DNA of 64,000 nucleotides from Gammaproteobacteria bacterium (GTDB lineage Bacteria; Pseudomonadota; Gammaproteobacteria; UBA1113): NCBI GenBank assembly GCA_021773305.1, contig JAJFKH010000019.1, positions 2,872 to 66,871 of the forward strand, read 5' to 3'. Shown piece by piece: positions 46,993 to 55,061 of this stretch (position 1 is its first letter; each line of letters starts with the position of its first letter). The notes under the pieces were generated by a model. It saw only the letters and a program-made list of their open reading frames with translations, ran no database searches and was not told where the DNA came from. The position numbers and the translations under genes were made by a program.

Positions 46993-47964
46993 ATGGCACT
47001 GGATAATTTGAATAACATACAAGGTAACGTCGAAGGTGAGACACTAAAATTATATAATATGACGCTGACGCTCGGTGGGTTAGCAGGTTTGTGTAATAAT
47101 ATAGATAAGGCAATTTGTACCTTGGATATAGAAGGTTGTTTGTTTGAAGACAACTTTACTAAAAAATCTAGCCTTACGGCTTTAACCATGGTTTTAAAAA
47201 CCAACCCGCATATTAAAATATTACGTTTTATCAATAATGATTATAAAGAAATGGATGGCTTTATTCGTTTTCTGGGTATGAACTATAATAATAATACGTT
47301 GGAATCGATGACGTTTTGTGTTGATACATTTACGGAAGAAGAAAAAAATAATTTAATTAAAAAAGCTCAAGAAATTATTAACGAACCGAAAGTTTTAGTA
47401 TTTCTACAAATATATTCACCGAACAAAGAAATAGACTTTGAGTATTCCAAAGAAGAGCTTGAAGAAAAAAGTGAAGAAGAACAATCAGTTCAAGGCCCCC
47501 CCCCTTTTGATCAAAATAAATTTAATGATAAAATTAAGCAATTAAAAATTAATATTATTTCAAGTAAATTATCTTTAGAAAATCCGAAACAGCATGCAAC
47601 GATAGTTGGTTTAATTACGCCCTTTATTTCAGATGAATTAAACTCTATTACGGAAGTCCTTGAATTTGCTAAATGTATCGGTATTGGAAGTAAAAACAAC
47701 CCTGGAATGGATGGTGATCTTCTTAAGTTGCGTAAACGTAAGCGATTAGGACTTTTGTTTTATAAATTCCGAGAAACCGATGATTCACAGGTTATTGCAG
47801 AACATTGTATTACTAAGGCACTGGGGTTTTGTGACACAAACCGTGCAACAGAAGATGAAAAGCAAGCCTTCAGTGATTTTCTTAAAATCAAAATTGCTCG
47901 CAAGAAGAAAAGCGAGGTGAGGCAAGATGCTTTAAAACATTTGGATGGATTAGGGCTCAGATGA
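46993..47964 (+). CDS. hypothetical protein, possibly leucine-rich-repeat (RNI-like) family (tentative); effector candidate
   Basis: 323 aa, very AT-rich. N-terminal L/N-rich segments (LTLGGLAGLCNNIDKAICTLDIEGCL...LTALTMVLKTNPHIKILRFINND). Acidic central linker, K/R-rich tail. Confidence 0.5.
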   Translation: MALDNLNNIQGNVEGETLKLYNMTLTLGGLAGLCNNIDKAICTLDIEGCLFEDNFTKKSSLTALTMVLKTNPHIKILRFINNDYKEMDGFIRFLGMNYNNNTLESMTFCVDTFTEEEKNNLIKKAQEIINEPKVLVFLQIYSPNKEIDFEYSKEELEEKSEEEQSVQGPPPFDQNKFNDKIKQLKINIISSKLSLENPKQHATIVGLITPFISDELNSITEVLEFAKCIGIGSKNNPGMDGDLLKLRKRKRLGLLFYKFRETDDSQVIAEHCITKALGFCDTNRATEDEKQAFSDFLKIKIARKKKSEVRQDALKHLDGLGLR

Positions 47965-48022
47965 ATGCTCAATCCTAGGAGGCGAGCATTCACCGTAAGA
48001 GCCTATTCTACCAGTGACAAGT

Positions 48023-48436
48023 CTATTTTAATGGAGTTGCAAAACTCCAGCAATGGTGGTCATCATCAAGGATGCTACACATCCTGTCGCCCCAAAAAGT
48101 GTCTTGGGGTTCCATGTTAGATTGACCACCCTCGGCAATGGCTTTTTGATAGAAGGCATCTACATCCTCGCAGTATACGTATAAACCAACGGGAGAGTGA
48201 TTTTCTGTATTAACAGGTGCTTTTGCTGGGTTTCCACAAGTGCCTTCAGCACCCATCATGATCACAGCACCATTGTAACGCATTTCAACATGGATGGTTT
48301 TTCCTGCATCATCTTTACTGGATTCTGCTAATGTAAAACCAAAAGCCCGTTGGTAAAAATCTGCGGCTTTATCTGGATCAACAACAGTTAAATAAGGGGA
48401 AACCCAAGGGAAATCATTTGGGGGTAGTTTAGACAT
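48023..48436 (-). CDS. VOC family protein (glyoxalase/bleomycin-resistance/dioxygenase fold)
   Basis: 137 aa. Pattern FYQRAFGF...HVEMRYNGAVIMM...DTFWGDRMCSILDDDHHCWSF is typical of small glyoxalase-like proteins. Confidence 0.65.
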   Translation of the reverse strand: MSKLPPNDFPWVSPYLTVVDPDKAADFYQRAFGFTLAESSKDDAGKTIHVEMRYNGAVIMMGAEGTCGNPAKAPVNTENHSPVGLYVYCEDVDAFYQKAIAEGGQSNMEPQDTFWGDRMCSILDDDHHCWSFATPLK

Positions 48437-48504
48437 GGTAAAACTCCTTTTATGTGTATACTTGGTGCAGTATATATTATCCTAGAATCTATACTGAAAA
48501 GCGA

Positions 48505-50415
48505 CTAGGATGGTGTTGGAAAACCCTCTTGACCTCCTGGGCAAAAGGTGACTTTATAGGTTGCCACGTTATTACTCATAGAATCCACATCACAGGTAAA
48601 GGTGCTGGCTTTATCATCGAAGGGATAGGTATAGGTGGTCGGACAGGCGGCTTTGGCCCAGGTGAGTGTGGGCAGAATGTTTGTTTGCCAAGCAGTGTTG
48701 CTGGGTGGATCACATTGCTGAACCGTGGGCGCGCCAGGCATTAAAATTCCTTCATCTTGCCAGTTACGACAGCCACAGCAGTTGCTATCGGCTCCATCAG
48801 TATAACAAGATCCGATTGCTGTGACTCCCGCAGGGCTTTTACACTGAAAGAGATTGACTAAGGTTACCGTATTAAAGGGAGCGGGCATTCCTGCATTTTG
48901 TGTACAGTCAAAAGAGGGGGCAACATAGCTTGTGTTTAATGCACATATTTGGTTGGGAGACCAATACCCTAAAAATTTACCACAGGTCGCTTGGGTAGAG
49001 CCTGCTAAAATGCCTTGTAATGATAAACCGCAAACTTCTCCAGAGGTCGTACATATGGCGTCGGATGCACAATTGGTACCTCCTTGAGGTACGTTGCGAT
49101 AAAGATTAGATGGCGTGGTGTAAACCCAAGAACAACCCCCTAAGCCATTGACCGTATTGAGATTGCCAGCGGTGCCACAGGTAAATGGATTCATTGAGTC
49201 AACACTGGCATTTGTTGGCTCAATAGAAACGGGTATATTAATACCATTGATGACCGTGACATCATAAAAATCTGATTGGCTATCATTGAGTGTGAACTCA
49301 GCGAGGGTCGCCGGAGGGCTAAATCCCGTGCTAGGGTTACATCCTGTATCGCCACCGTCACAGTCTGCGGTTTCGCAGGTTGTGGATGTACAGCTGGTGC
49401 GACCGGCAAATCCCCCACTCCATACAATATCAATACCATTATCAAATTTGGGAATGGATAATGTGTTCGACTGTCCGTTCGATAGTTGATAGGTACTATT
49501 ATTAGGCTCGGGATTATTCCAGAAACATTGACTAATTCCTCCGGTGACAATACAGGTTTGACCATCATAGCAATCGGCATTAGTGTTGCAAATGGTGGGT
49601 TGAGCTTGGGTACCTATTCGGCTGTTGGCAGAACCTCCGCTGATCCCAATCCAAATATCAAAAGAGCATTCATTGGTAAAGGTGAAATTCCTAGCCGTGC
49701 TAGTAACACCAAATAGCACAGGATCGGATGTGATGGTTGCTGCGCTAGGATTATATTCTAAGGTAAAAACCCCATTAACCACTCCCGGATTCGTTTGGGA
49801 CTGGAGTGTTAATGTAATATGACAAGTACCATTAGCGGGAATCATGCTATTACAATCATTGGTTGAAGTGCTGGTAATAACCGACGATGTGGGAGATAAA
49901 AAGGCACCATTGATTTTAGCCGGTAAAGTCGTTGAGGTATTTTGTACCGTATATACGATATTTTGAGACGCATTTAAATTCATCCGTTGAGGGCTGGGTT
50001 GTTGAGTGAAATTGAGTTGAGGAGGCAGTAAACCATTAATGGTAAATTGCAGAGGTGTCGAAAGATTGATATGCCTATCACCATAATTAACATTTAATAT
50101 TTCAGAGACATTTCCTGCGGCGGAATGAGAAAAAATATTGGTGGTAATCGTGCAGGTTCCTTTGGGAGGTATGAGGCTGTTACAGTTATTGGTTGATTGA
50201 ATATCCACAAGTGCTGTTGCAGGATCTAATATAATATCGTTAATAGGGATAGCATGGGTTGGGACATTACTTTTCACAATCATAGTCACCGATTGAGCGT
50301 GATTGGGTGCCATGATCTGAGGCAGAGGCAGCGTAACCCATTCTAATACAGGCGTCGTTGCAAAGGCGCTGCTATATAATACCGTTAACAACATGATGCA
50401 AAATATTTTCTTCAT
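48505..50415 (-). CDS. secreted thaumatin-like (PR-5 family) protein with N-terminal tandem ~100-aa repeats
   Basis: 636 aa, signal peptide MKKIFCIMLLTVLYSSAFA. C-terminal half carries CETADCDGGDTGC, PPATLAEFTLN, FYDVTVINGINIPVSIEP and CPTTYTYPFDDKASTFTC, and is Cys-rich (about 30 Cys). N-terminal half has two repeats with CNS(L/M)IP..GTC.IT. Confidence 0.75.
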   Translation of the reverse strand: MKKIFCIMLLTVLYSSAFATTPVLEWVTLPLPQIMAPNHAQSVTMIVKSNVPTHAIPINDIILDPATALVDIQSTNNCNSLIPPKGTCTITTNIFSHSAAGNVSEILNVNYGDRHINLSTPLQFTINGLLPPQLNFTQQPSPQRMNLNASQNIVYTVQNTSTTLPAKINGAFLSPTSSVITSTSTNDCNSMIPANGTCHITLTLQSQTNPGVVNGVFTLEYNPSAATITSDPVLFGVTSTARNFTFTNECSFDIWIGISGGSANSRIGTQAQPTICNTNADCYDGQTCIVTGGISQCFWNNPEPNNSTYQLSNGQSNTLSIPKFDNGIDIVWSGGFAGRTSCTSTTCETADCDGGDTGCNPSTGFSPPATLAEFTLNDSQSDFYDVTVINGINIPVSIEPTNASVDSMNPFTCGTAGNLNTVNGLGGCSWVYTTPSNLYRNVPQGGTNCASDAICTTSGEVCGLSLQGILAGSTQATCGKFLGYWSPNQICALNTSYVAPSFDCTQNAGMPAPFNTVTLVNLFQCKSPAGVTAIGSCYTDGADSNCCGCRNWQDEGILMPGAPTVQQCDPPSNTAWQTNILPTLTWAKAACPTTYTYPFDDKASTFTCDVDSMSNNVATYKVTFCPGGQEGFPTPS

Positions 50416-50426
50416 AATAAATCCTT

Positions 50427-51185
50427 TTAACTTATGGTGTAGTTAATCCCTGCAATAATAGATTGGGTGCGCAGTTTCACATGCAGAGGTTTCAGCAAAA
50501 CAATATTGCCCGATCGAGATGATTCAAAATCGCCTAAATCGGCATATTGATATTGCAGTGTCCCGGAAATATTTTTTGAAAAGGGAATATGAATTCCTCC
50601 ACCAATGTCATAGGCCAGTTCATTATTTTTTTTGTTTGACAAATGTATTCCACCATCAGGGGTGGGTGTTATGGGGTTGTCTTGATAACCCACGCGATTC
50701 ACTGCAAGCCCGACGCCACCCTTCGCAAAAATTTCAAAATGCTTAAAGGGTGTGGAAAAATCCCACTCGTTGGTGAGTATCACGCGAGTGCTTTTCACAT
50801 CCAGTTTGTAATGATAGTTATCGAATGCGGGGAGATCATATTGCAATACCCGGCCTGTGTTTTTAAGATGCTCTAAATGAAAGATATCGAGGCCAAAGCG
50901 TATGGTGCGATTTTTTTCCTGAATATACGGGAATGCCACCCCGCCACCGAGTAAGTATTTATTGGAATATTTGTCTCCATTAAAAATATCGGTTTCAAGG
51001 GCTGAAAGGATCATACGATTGACGCGAGTCTCGGCATTGGAGACTCCCGCGTAGAGGCTAAGGGTTGTGCCAGACGGTATGTTATGGGCGGCAAAGGTGT
51101 TTTTTTGATAACCCAGAACAAAGAGAGATGATATAAAAAAAATGATATATAAACGATGCAGTTGAACTATTTTTCCACAATCCAT
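50427..51185 (-). CDS. outer-membrane beta-barrel protein (OmpA-like/opacity-type small OMP), co-transcribed with the thaumatin-like gene
   Basis: 252 aa. Signal peptide ...GYQKNTFAAH, alternating amphipathic beta-strand pattern, aromatic-rich, Gly-rich turns. 11-bp gap to the downstream gene, which has its own SD. Confidence 0.6.
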   Translation of the reverse strand: MDCGKIVQLHRLYIIFFISSLFVLGYQKNTFAAHNIPSGTTLSLYAGVSNAETRVNRMILSALETDIFNGDKYSNKYLLGGGVAFPYIQEKNRTIRFGLDIFHLEHLKNTGRVLQYDLPAFDNYHYKLDVKSTRVILTNEWDFSTPFKHFEIFAKGGVGLAVNRVGYQDNPITPTPDGGIHLSNKKNNELAYDIGGGIHIPFSKNISGTLQYQYADLGDFESSRSGNIVLLKPLHVKLRTQSIIAGINYTIS

Positions 51186-51231
51186 ATTACCAATCCATGG
51201 TTTTCATGTTTAAGTCGACGATAGAGCTAGT

Positions 51232-51280
51232 TTACAGGGATCTTCATTAGGATCAAGTTTGTTCTTAATTCGAGCAGTAT
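51232..51280 (+). repeat. ~48-bp direct repeat, copy A (TTACAGGGATCTTCATTAGGATCAAGTTTGTTCTTAATTCGAGCA)
   Basis: About 84% identical to 53203-53251 in the same orientation. Located in the divergent intergenic region between the OMP gene and the 51428 gene. Confidence 0.6.
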
Positions 51281-51427
51281 GTGGTTGCCTTGTCATACTA
51301 TCGTTGTAATCGATAACCTAGATTTTAGACAATCTAACAGATGAGTGCTGAAAATTGCTATCCTATCTGAGCCAACTATATTATGATAAACAAGTCATTC
51401 AGATGAATTCATAGGAGATTTGTATAA

Positions 51428-52117
51428 GTGACTACAAGACATCGATTTTACAGGGAGCATAAGCTCATTATTGCTTTAGTTAACGATGTGACAAGATTAA
51501 TAGCAAAGACAAATTTCTGCAAAGATGATCAAATTCAAATATTAAAAAAGCAACTTACAAGCCTAACTTCACTATTAAAAGCGCATGCAGAGCATGAAGA
51601 AAATGCCTTTCATGTTTTGCTAGAGGCGAAAGGTTCGATAGTGCATCAAGAAATATCTGATGACCACGAAAAACACTTGGTACTATTCTCAAATTGGGAC
51701 TTTGCTCTCAATAGCATACTTGCTATTGATGATCCAGAAACAAGAGTTGAGCAAGGATACCAATTCTATCTTACTTTTCGTGAATTTGATGCAAATAATT
51801 TACACCATTTAAATATAGAGGAAACAGTAATAATGTCAGAACTACAGCGATTGTATTCTGATGCTGAATTAGAAGCAGTAGAGGCAAAAACCTATAAAAA
51901 AAATGAAATGACTCCTGACGCAATAATAGAAATGATGAAAGTCTTGTTTCCATATATGGAACTCCATGATTACCAAGCATTTCTCAGTGAAATATATAAT
52001 TGCGTGCCTGATAAATTTGATACGGCATTTAATGGAATAATTAATGCAACCACAGACGCGGGCAAACCGATTTTAGACCCTAAAGAGATCTGTCAATTAG
52101 TGTCGTTTTTTTCTTGA
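51428..52117 (+). CDS. hypothetical protein, possibly hemerythrin-like metal-binding domain (tentative)
   Basis: 229 aa, GTG start with AGGAG SD. His/Glu-rich helices (KAHAEHEENAFHVLLEA; DDHEKHL; NLHHLNIEE) weakly resemble the hemerythrin HHE pattern. Confidence 0.45.
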   Translation: MTTRHRFYREHKLIIALVNDVTRLIAKTNFCKDDQIQILKKQLTSLTSLLKAHAEHEENAFHVLLEAKGSIVHQEISDDHEKHLVLFSNWDFALNSILAIDDPETRVEQGYQFYLTFREFDANNLHHLNIEETVIMSELQRLYSDAELEAVEAKTYKKNEMTPDAIIEMMKVLFPYMELHDYQAFLSEIYNCVPDKFDTAFNGIINATTDAGKPILDPKEICQLVSFFS

Positions 52118-52294
52118 AATTTTAAACCGGTCATTAATAAATATAAAATTTTATTTATACATGGCAGATAACAGGATCGTTAGGTGAATAATGGGTTCTA
52201 TCTTTAGAGCCTTTAAAATTAAAGTGTTCATTTTACCTAAGCGCAGCTATTTGGCTAACGCGTAAAATGACACTTTTACAGTTTAAGGTGATGA

Positions 52295-53191
52295 ATGAAT
52301 AATTTTCTGATTTCGTTTGCTTTTGTACTCTTATATGGTTCAGGTTTTATCGCGGCCAAAATCGGGGTGGCCTATGCGGATCCACTTGTTTTTTTAGCAC
52401 TTCGCTTTGTGTTAGCCGGTGCTGTTTTAGCAATTATTTGCTTACTCATGAGAAAAATAAAACCAGTTGATATTAAAGTCATTTGCCACCAGATGGTGGC
52501 AGGTACTTTTTTAATTGGCTTATTTTCAGTGGGCGTTTTTGTTTCTATTGATCAGGGGACATCACCAGCGATATCATCACTCATCATTTCTTTTCAGCCG
52601 CTGTTGGTTGCCTTGGTTTGCTATTTTTTATGGCAAGAACCCATTAGCCGTAAAACGTGGTATGGTCTTTTATTAGGGCTGCTGGGAGTGACTGCAATCC
52701 TTTTTAATGAGCTTGGGGAAACACCCTTATTTGGATTATTGATGTCGTTTATTGGCTTAGTAGGTTTAACCGTAGGTAGCTTATACCAAAAGCGATTTTG
52801 CACTAAGGTCAGCATTTTCACTGCTGGGATGATTAATAGCCTTACGGCATCACTGCTTTGCTTTATTTTGTTATTCTGTTTTCCTGTCACTATGCCACAA
52901 TGGAATATTAAATTCCTAGGGGCTTTATTTTGGATGTCATTTATTGTTTCCGTGTGTGCGCTCAGTCTTTTCTATATCTTAGTTAAAAGAAGATCCATTA
53001 GCCAGATATCGAGTTTATTCTATTTGATGCCTGTAAGTACTTTGCTACTATCAGCACTATTTTTTGACAAACATATCAATGGATTCAGTGCGGCTGGAGT
53101 GATGGTTACGGCCCTAGGTATGTTTTTTATTAATAACACAAATCCGAAGGAAACAACACAAGTGCTTGAGTCAATATCAATAGGGAAATGA
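52295..53191 (+). CDS. DMT superfamily transporter (EamA/RhaT-type, 10 TMS)
   Basis: 298 aa. Two EamA-like halves; hydrophobic. Confidence 0.7.
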   Translation: MNNFLISFAFVLLYGSGFIAAKIGVAYADPLVFLALRFVLAGAVLAIICLLMRKIKPVDIKVICHQMVAGTFLIGLFSVGVFVSIDQGTSPAISSLIISFQPLLVALVCYFLWQEPISRKTWYGLLLGLLGVTAILFNELGETPLFGLLMSFIGLVGLTVGSLYQKRFCTKVSIFTAGMINSLTASLLCFILLFCFPVTMPQWNIKFLGALFWMSFIVSVCALSLFYILVKRRSISQISSLFYLMPVSTLLLSALFFDKHINGFSAAGVMVTALGMFFINNTNPKETTQVLESISIGK

Positions 53192-53202
53192 GCTTAACTT
53201 GC

Positions 53203-53251
53203 TTACAAGGATCCCCATTAGGATCAGGCTTGATCTTAATTCAAGCATCCT
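53203..53251 (+). repeat. ~48-bp direct repeat, copy B (TTACAAGGATCCCCATTAGGATCAGGCTTGATCTTAATTCAAGCA)
   Basis: Matches copy A at 51232-51280. Lies immediately upstream of the lipoprotein start at 53266. Confidence 0.6.
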
Positions 53252-53265
53252 GTACTGTGGAAGCT

Positions 53266-53871
53266 ATGGTACGAATATTTCTCATTTTTTTGGTTTTAAC
53301 ATTACTCACCTCCTGTGCAACTCCTGTGCCTCAGCATACTCAGGATATTTGTCAGGTTTTTTTACAAAATCCAAAATGGTACAAAGCTGCCAGGCGAAGT
53401 GAAAAAAAATGGGGTGTCCCTATTCCTGTGCAAATGGCTATTATCCATCAAGAATCACATTTTACTGCCAAGATTAAACCCGAGCGTCAGCAACTACTGG
53501 GAGTGATTCCTTGGACTCGACCTTCATCTTCCAAAGGATATACCCAGGCATTGAAAATCACTTGGAAAAATTATGAAAAAAATATAGGTAAAAATCGCAG
53601 CCGCTCTGATTTTAGTGCGGCGACGGATTTTGTGGGTTGGTATGGTGATCAAGCCTATCGACGAGCTGACATTCCAAAAAATAATACGTACGCACTTTAT
53701 TTGGCGTACCATGAAGGGATCGGTGGTTATCAAAAAGAGACTTATTTGAAAAAGAAATGGCTGATCCATGTGGCGAAAAAAGTAGAGCTGCAAGCCGATA
53801 CTTACCGTTGGCAACTACAAAAATGTGAAAAGCGTTTTCAGCGTAAAAAGTTTTTTTGGGGCTTGTCGTAA
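53266..53871 (+). CDS. lipoprotein, possibly lytic-transglycosylase (SLT)-like
   Basis: Start chosen at MVRIFLIFLVLTLLTSC (lipobox LTSC) rather than the track start at 53188. IIHQESHF...LLGV...SSSKGYTQA resembles the SLT-domain catalytic-Glu region (weak). Confidence 0.5.
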   Translation: MVRIFLIFLVLTLLTSCATPVPQHTQDICQVFLQNPKWYKAARRSEKKWGVPIPVQMAIIHQESHFTAKIKPERQQLLGVIPWTRPSSSKGYTQALKITWKNYEKNIGKNRSRSDFSAATDFVGWYGDQAYRRADIPKNNTYALYLAYHEGIGGYQKETYLKKKWLIHVAKKVELQADTYRWQLQKCEKRFQRKKFFWGLS

Positions 53872-53895
53872 TTGCTCAGCTGTTTTTTCCCCCTG

Positions 53896-54138
53896 CTATT
53901 GATCTCTTGATATATGTTGCGAAACCCACATTTTGATGAGTGAAGTCCTGGTAACTCCAATTTTTGCCGCTTCGAGATCAACACATTCAAGAATATTTTT
54001 AGGAAAATCAATACTAATTCTCTGAACGGGATAGCGCGCTTTTGCAGACTTCAAGTTAAGATGCTCAGTAACATCACCGTTTTCAAACATTTCATCAAAG
54101 TCTACTGTTTTAATGTTTTTGGTTTTTGATGTGCTCAT
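53896..54138 (-). CDS. brnA: BrnA antitoxin (CopG/RHH-type)
   Basis: 80 aa. Overlaps the upstream toxin gene by 29 nt. C-terminal KIGVTRTSLIKMWVSQHI matches the BrnA ribbon-helix-helix region. Confidence 0.7.
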   Translation of the reverse strand: MSTSKTKNIKTVDFDEMFENGDVTEHLNLKSAKARYPVQRISIDFPKNILECVDLEAAKIGVTRTSLIKMWVSQHISRDQ

Positions 54139-54388
54139 AATATATTTTCTCCTCAGATTTTCTGCTTCGCCTAGCAGAGATTAAGCGGATTGTTGATCCT
54201 CGTTTAGTAAAAATGCACGAATATAGTTTCTCGTTCATTTTACCAATCAACATCGATCTAGGTTCGCCAACTGTTTTTGCCTGCAATTCAACTGAAATCC
54301 CATGCCATAGTTCACAGGCACACTCTAAACTAAGACCGTGTTTCACCTTATTGGCTTCAGACTTAATTGGATCAAACTCAAATTTCAT
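54110..54388 (-). CDS. brnT: BrnT toxin (RelE-superfamily ribonuclease)
   Basis: 92 aa. MKFEFDPIKSEANKVKHGLSLECA matches the BrnT N-terminal signature (M.FEWD..K...N..KHG..F.EA). Toxin-first, antitoxin-second order as in brnTA. Confidence 0.7.
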   Translation of the reverse strand: MKFEFDPIKSEANKVKHGLSLECACELWHGISVELQAKTVGEPRSMLIGKMNEKLYSCIFTKRGSTIRLISARRSRKSEEKIYYEHIKNQKH

Positions 54389-54535
54389 ATAATAATTGTA
54401 CTAAAGTAATGCCAAAATTACAACATTTTGCTCTTTTTATTTGCTATGGCCAGATAAAAATGAGGGGAACCTTAATAGGGCGCGGTAGAATAAGCTGCTG
54501 AAACGCCCTCTCTTGCTATAAACAAGCATTTTTCG

Positions 54536-54640
54536 TGTCTCAGCATATTCGGGATATTTGTTAGATTTTTTACAAAAGCCAACATGCGAAAAGCGTTTTC
54601 AGCGTAAAGTTTTTTCTAGGATTGTCTTAGTGCTTTTAAG
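54536..54640 (+). pseudogene. internally deleted remnant copy of the 53266..53871 lipoprotein gene (5' segment fused to 3' end)
   Basis: 54536-54579 matches 53327-53371 (CTCAGCATA.TC.GGATATTTGT.AG.TTTTTTACAAAA); 54582-54640 matches 53820-53877 (ATG.GAAAAGCGTTTTCAGCGTAAA.AGTTTTTT...TTGTC.TA). About 85% identity. Confidence 0.55.
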
Positions 54641-55061
54641 AGGTCAATTTTTTGATTTTAAAAAACAGATAGGGTATTCCCTGTAACACCACAGCAAGGC
54701 AGAGTATTAGAATCACTGCATAAATAGGTGCAAAAAATATTACAATGGCACTTTGGGGATCGAGGTGCGCGATAAAGCTACCATAATAAAGGTACAGTAC
54801 TAAGATTATCGTGAGTATAATTTCTAATGTGGTGATAGATAAAAAGTAACAGGATTTTTTAGATAGTTGATTGATAAAAAATAAAAGCACGAAGGGGATG
54901 GCATTATACCCTGTAGATAACATAAATATAAAAAAGTCCTCAAAAGAACCAAAGAGATCGCCAAAATAGGCGAGAAATCCAACAGGAATTGCCAAGCCTA
55001 GGAGTAATAGATATTGATTGATGTGAAAGAGTTTTTTCATGGTATTTAAAAATCTCCCCAT
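54636..55061 (-). CDS. hypothetical small integral membrane protein (4 TMS)
   Basis: 141 aa, hydrophobic, no recognised family. Confidence 0.45.
   Translation of the reverse strand: MGRFLNTMKKLFHINQYLLLLGLAIPVGFLAYFGDLFGSFEDFFIFMLSTGYNAIPFVLLFFINQLSKKSCYFLSITTLEIILTIILVLYLYYGSFIAHLDPQSAIVIFFAPIYAVILILCLAVVLQGIPYLFFKIKKLTS

Noticed and set aside
53188-53265. Extended start at 53188 for the lipoprotein gene
   Set aside because: The segment overlaps the end of the DMT transporter gene and contains repeat copy B. A typical lipoprotein signal peptide with lipobox begins at the internal Met at 53266.
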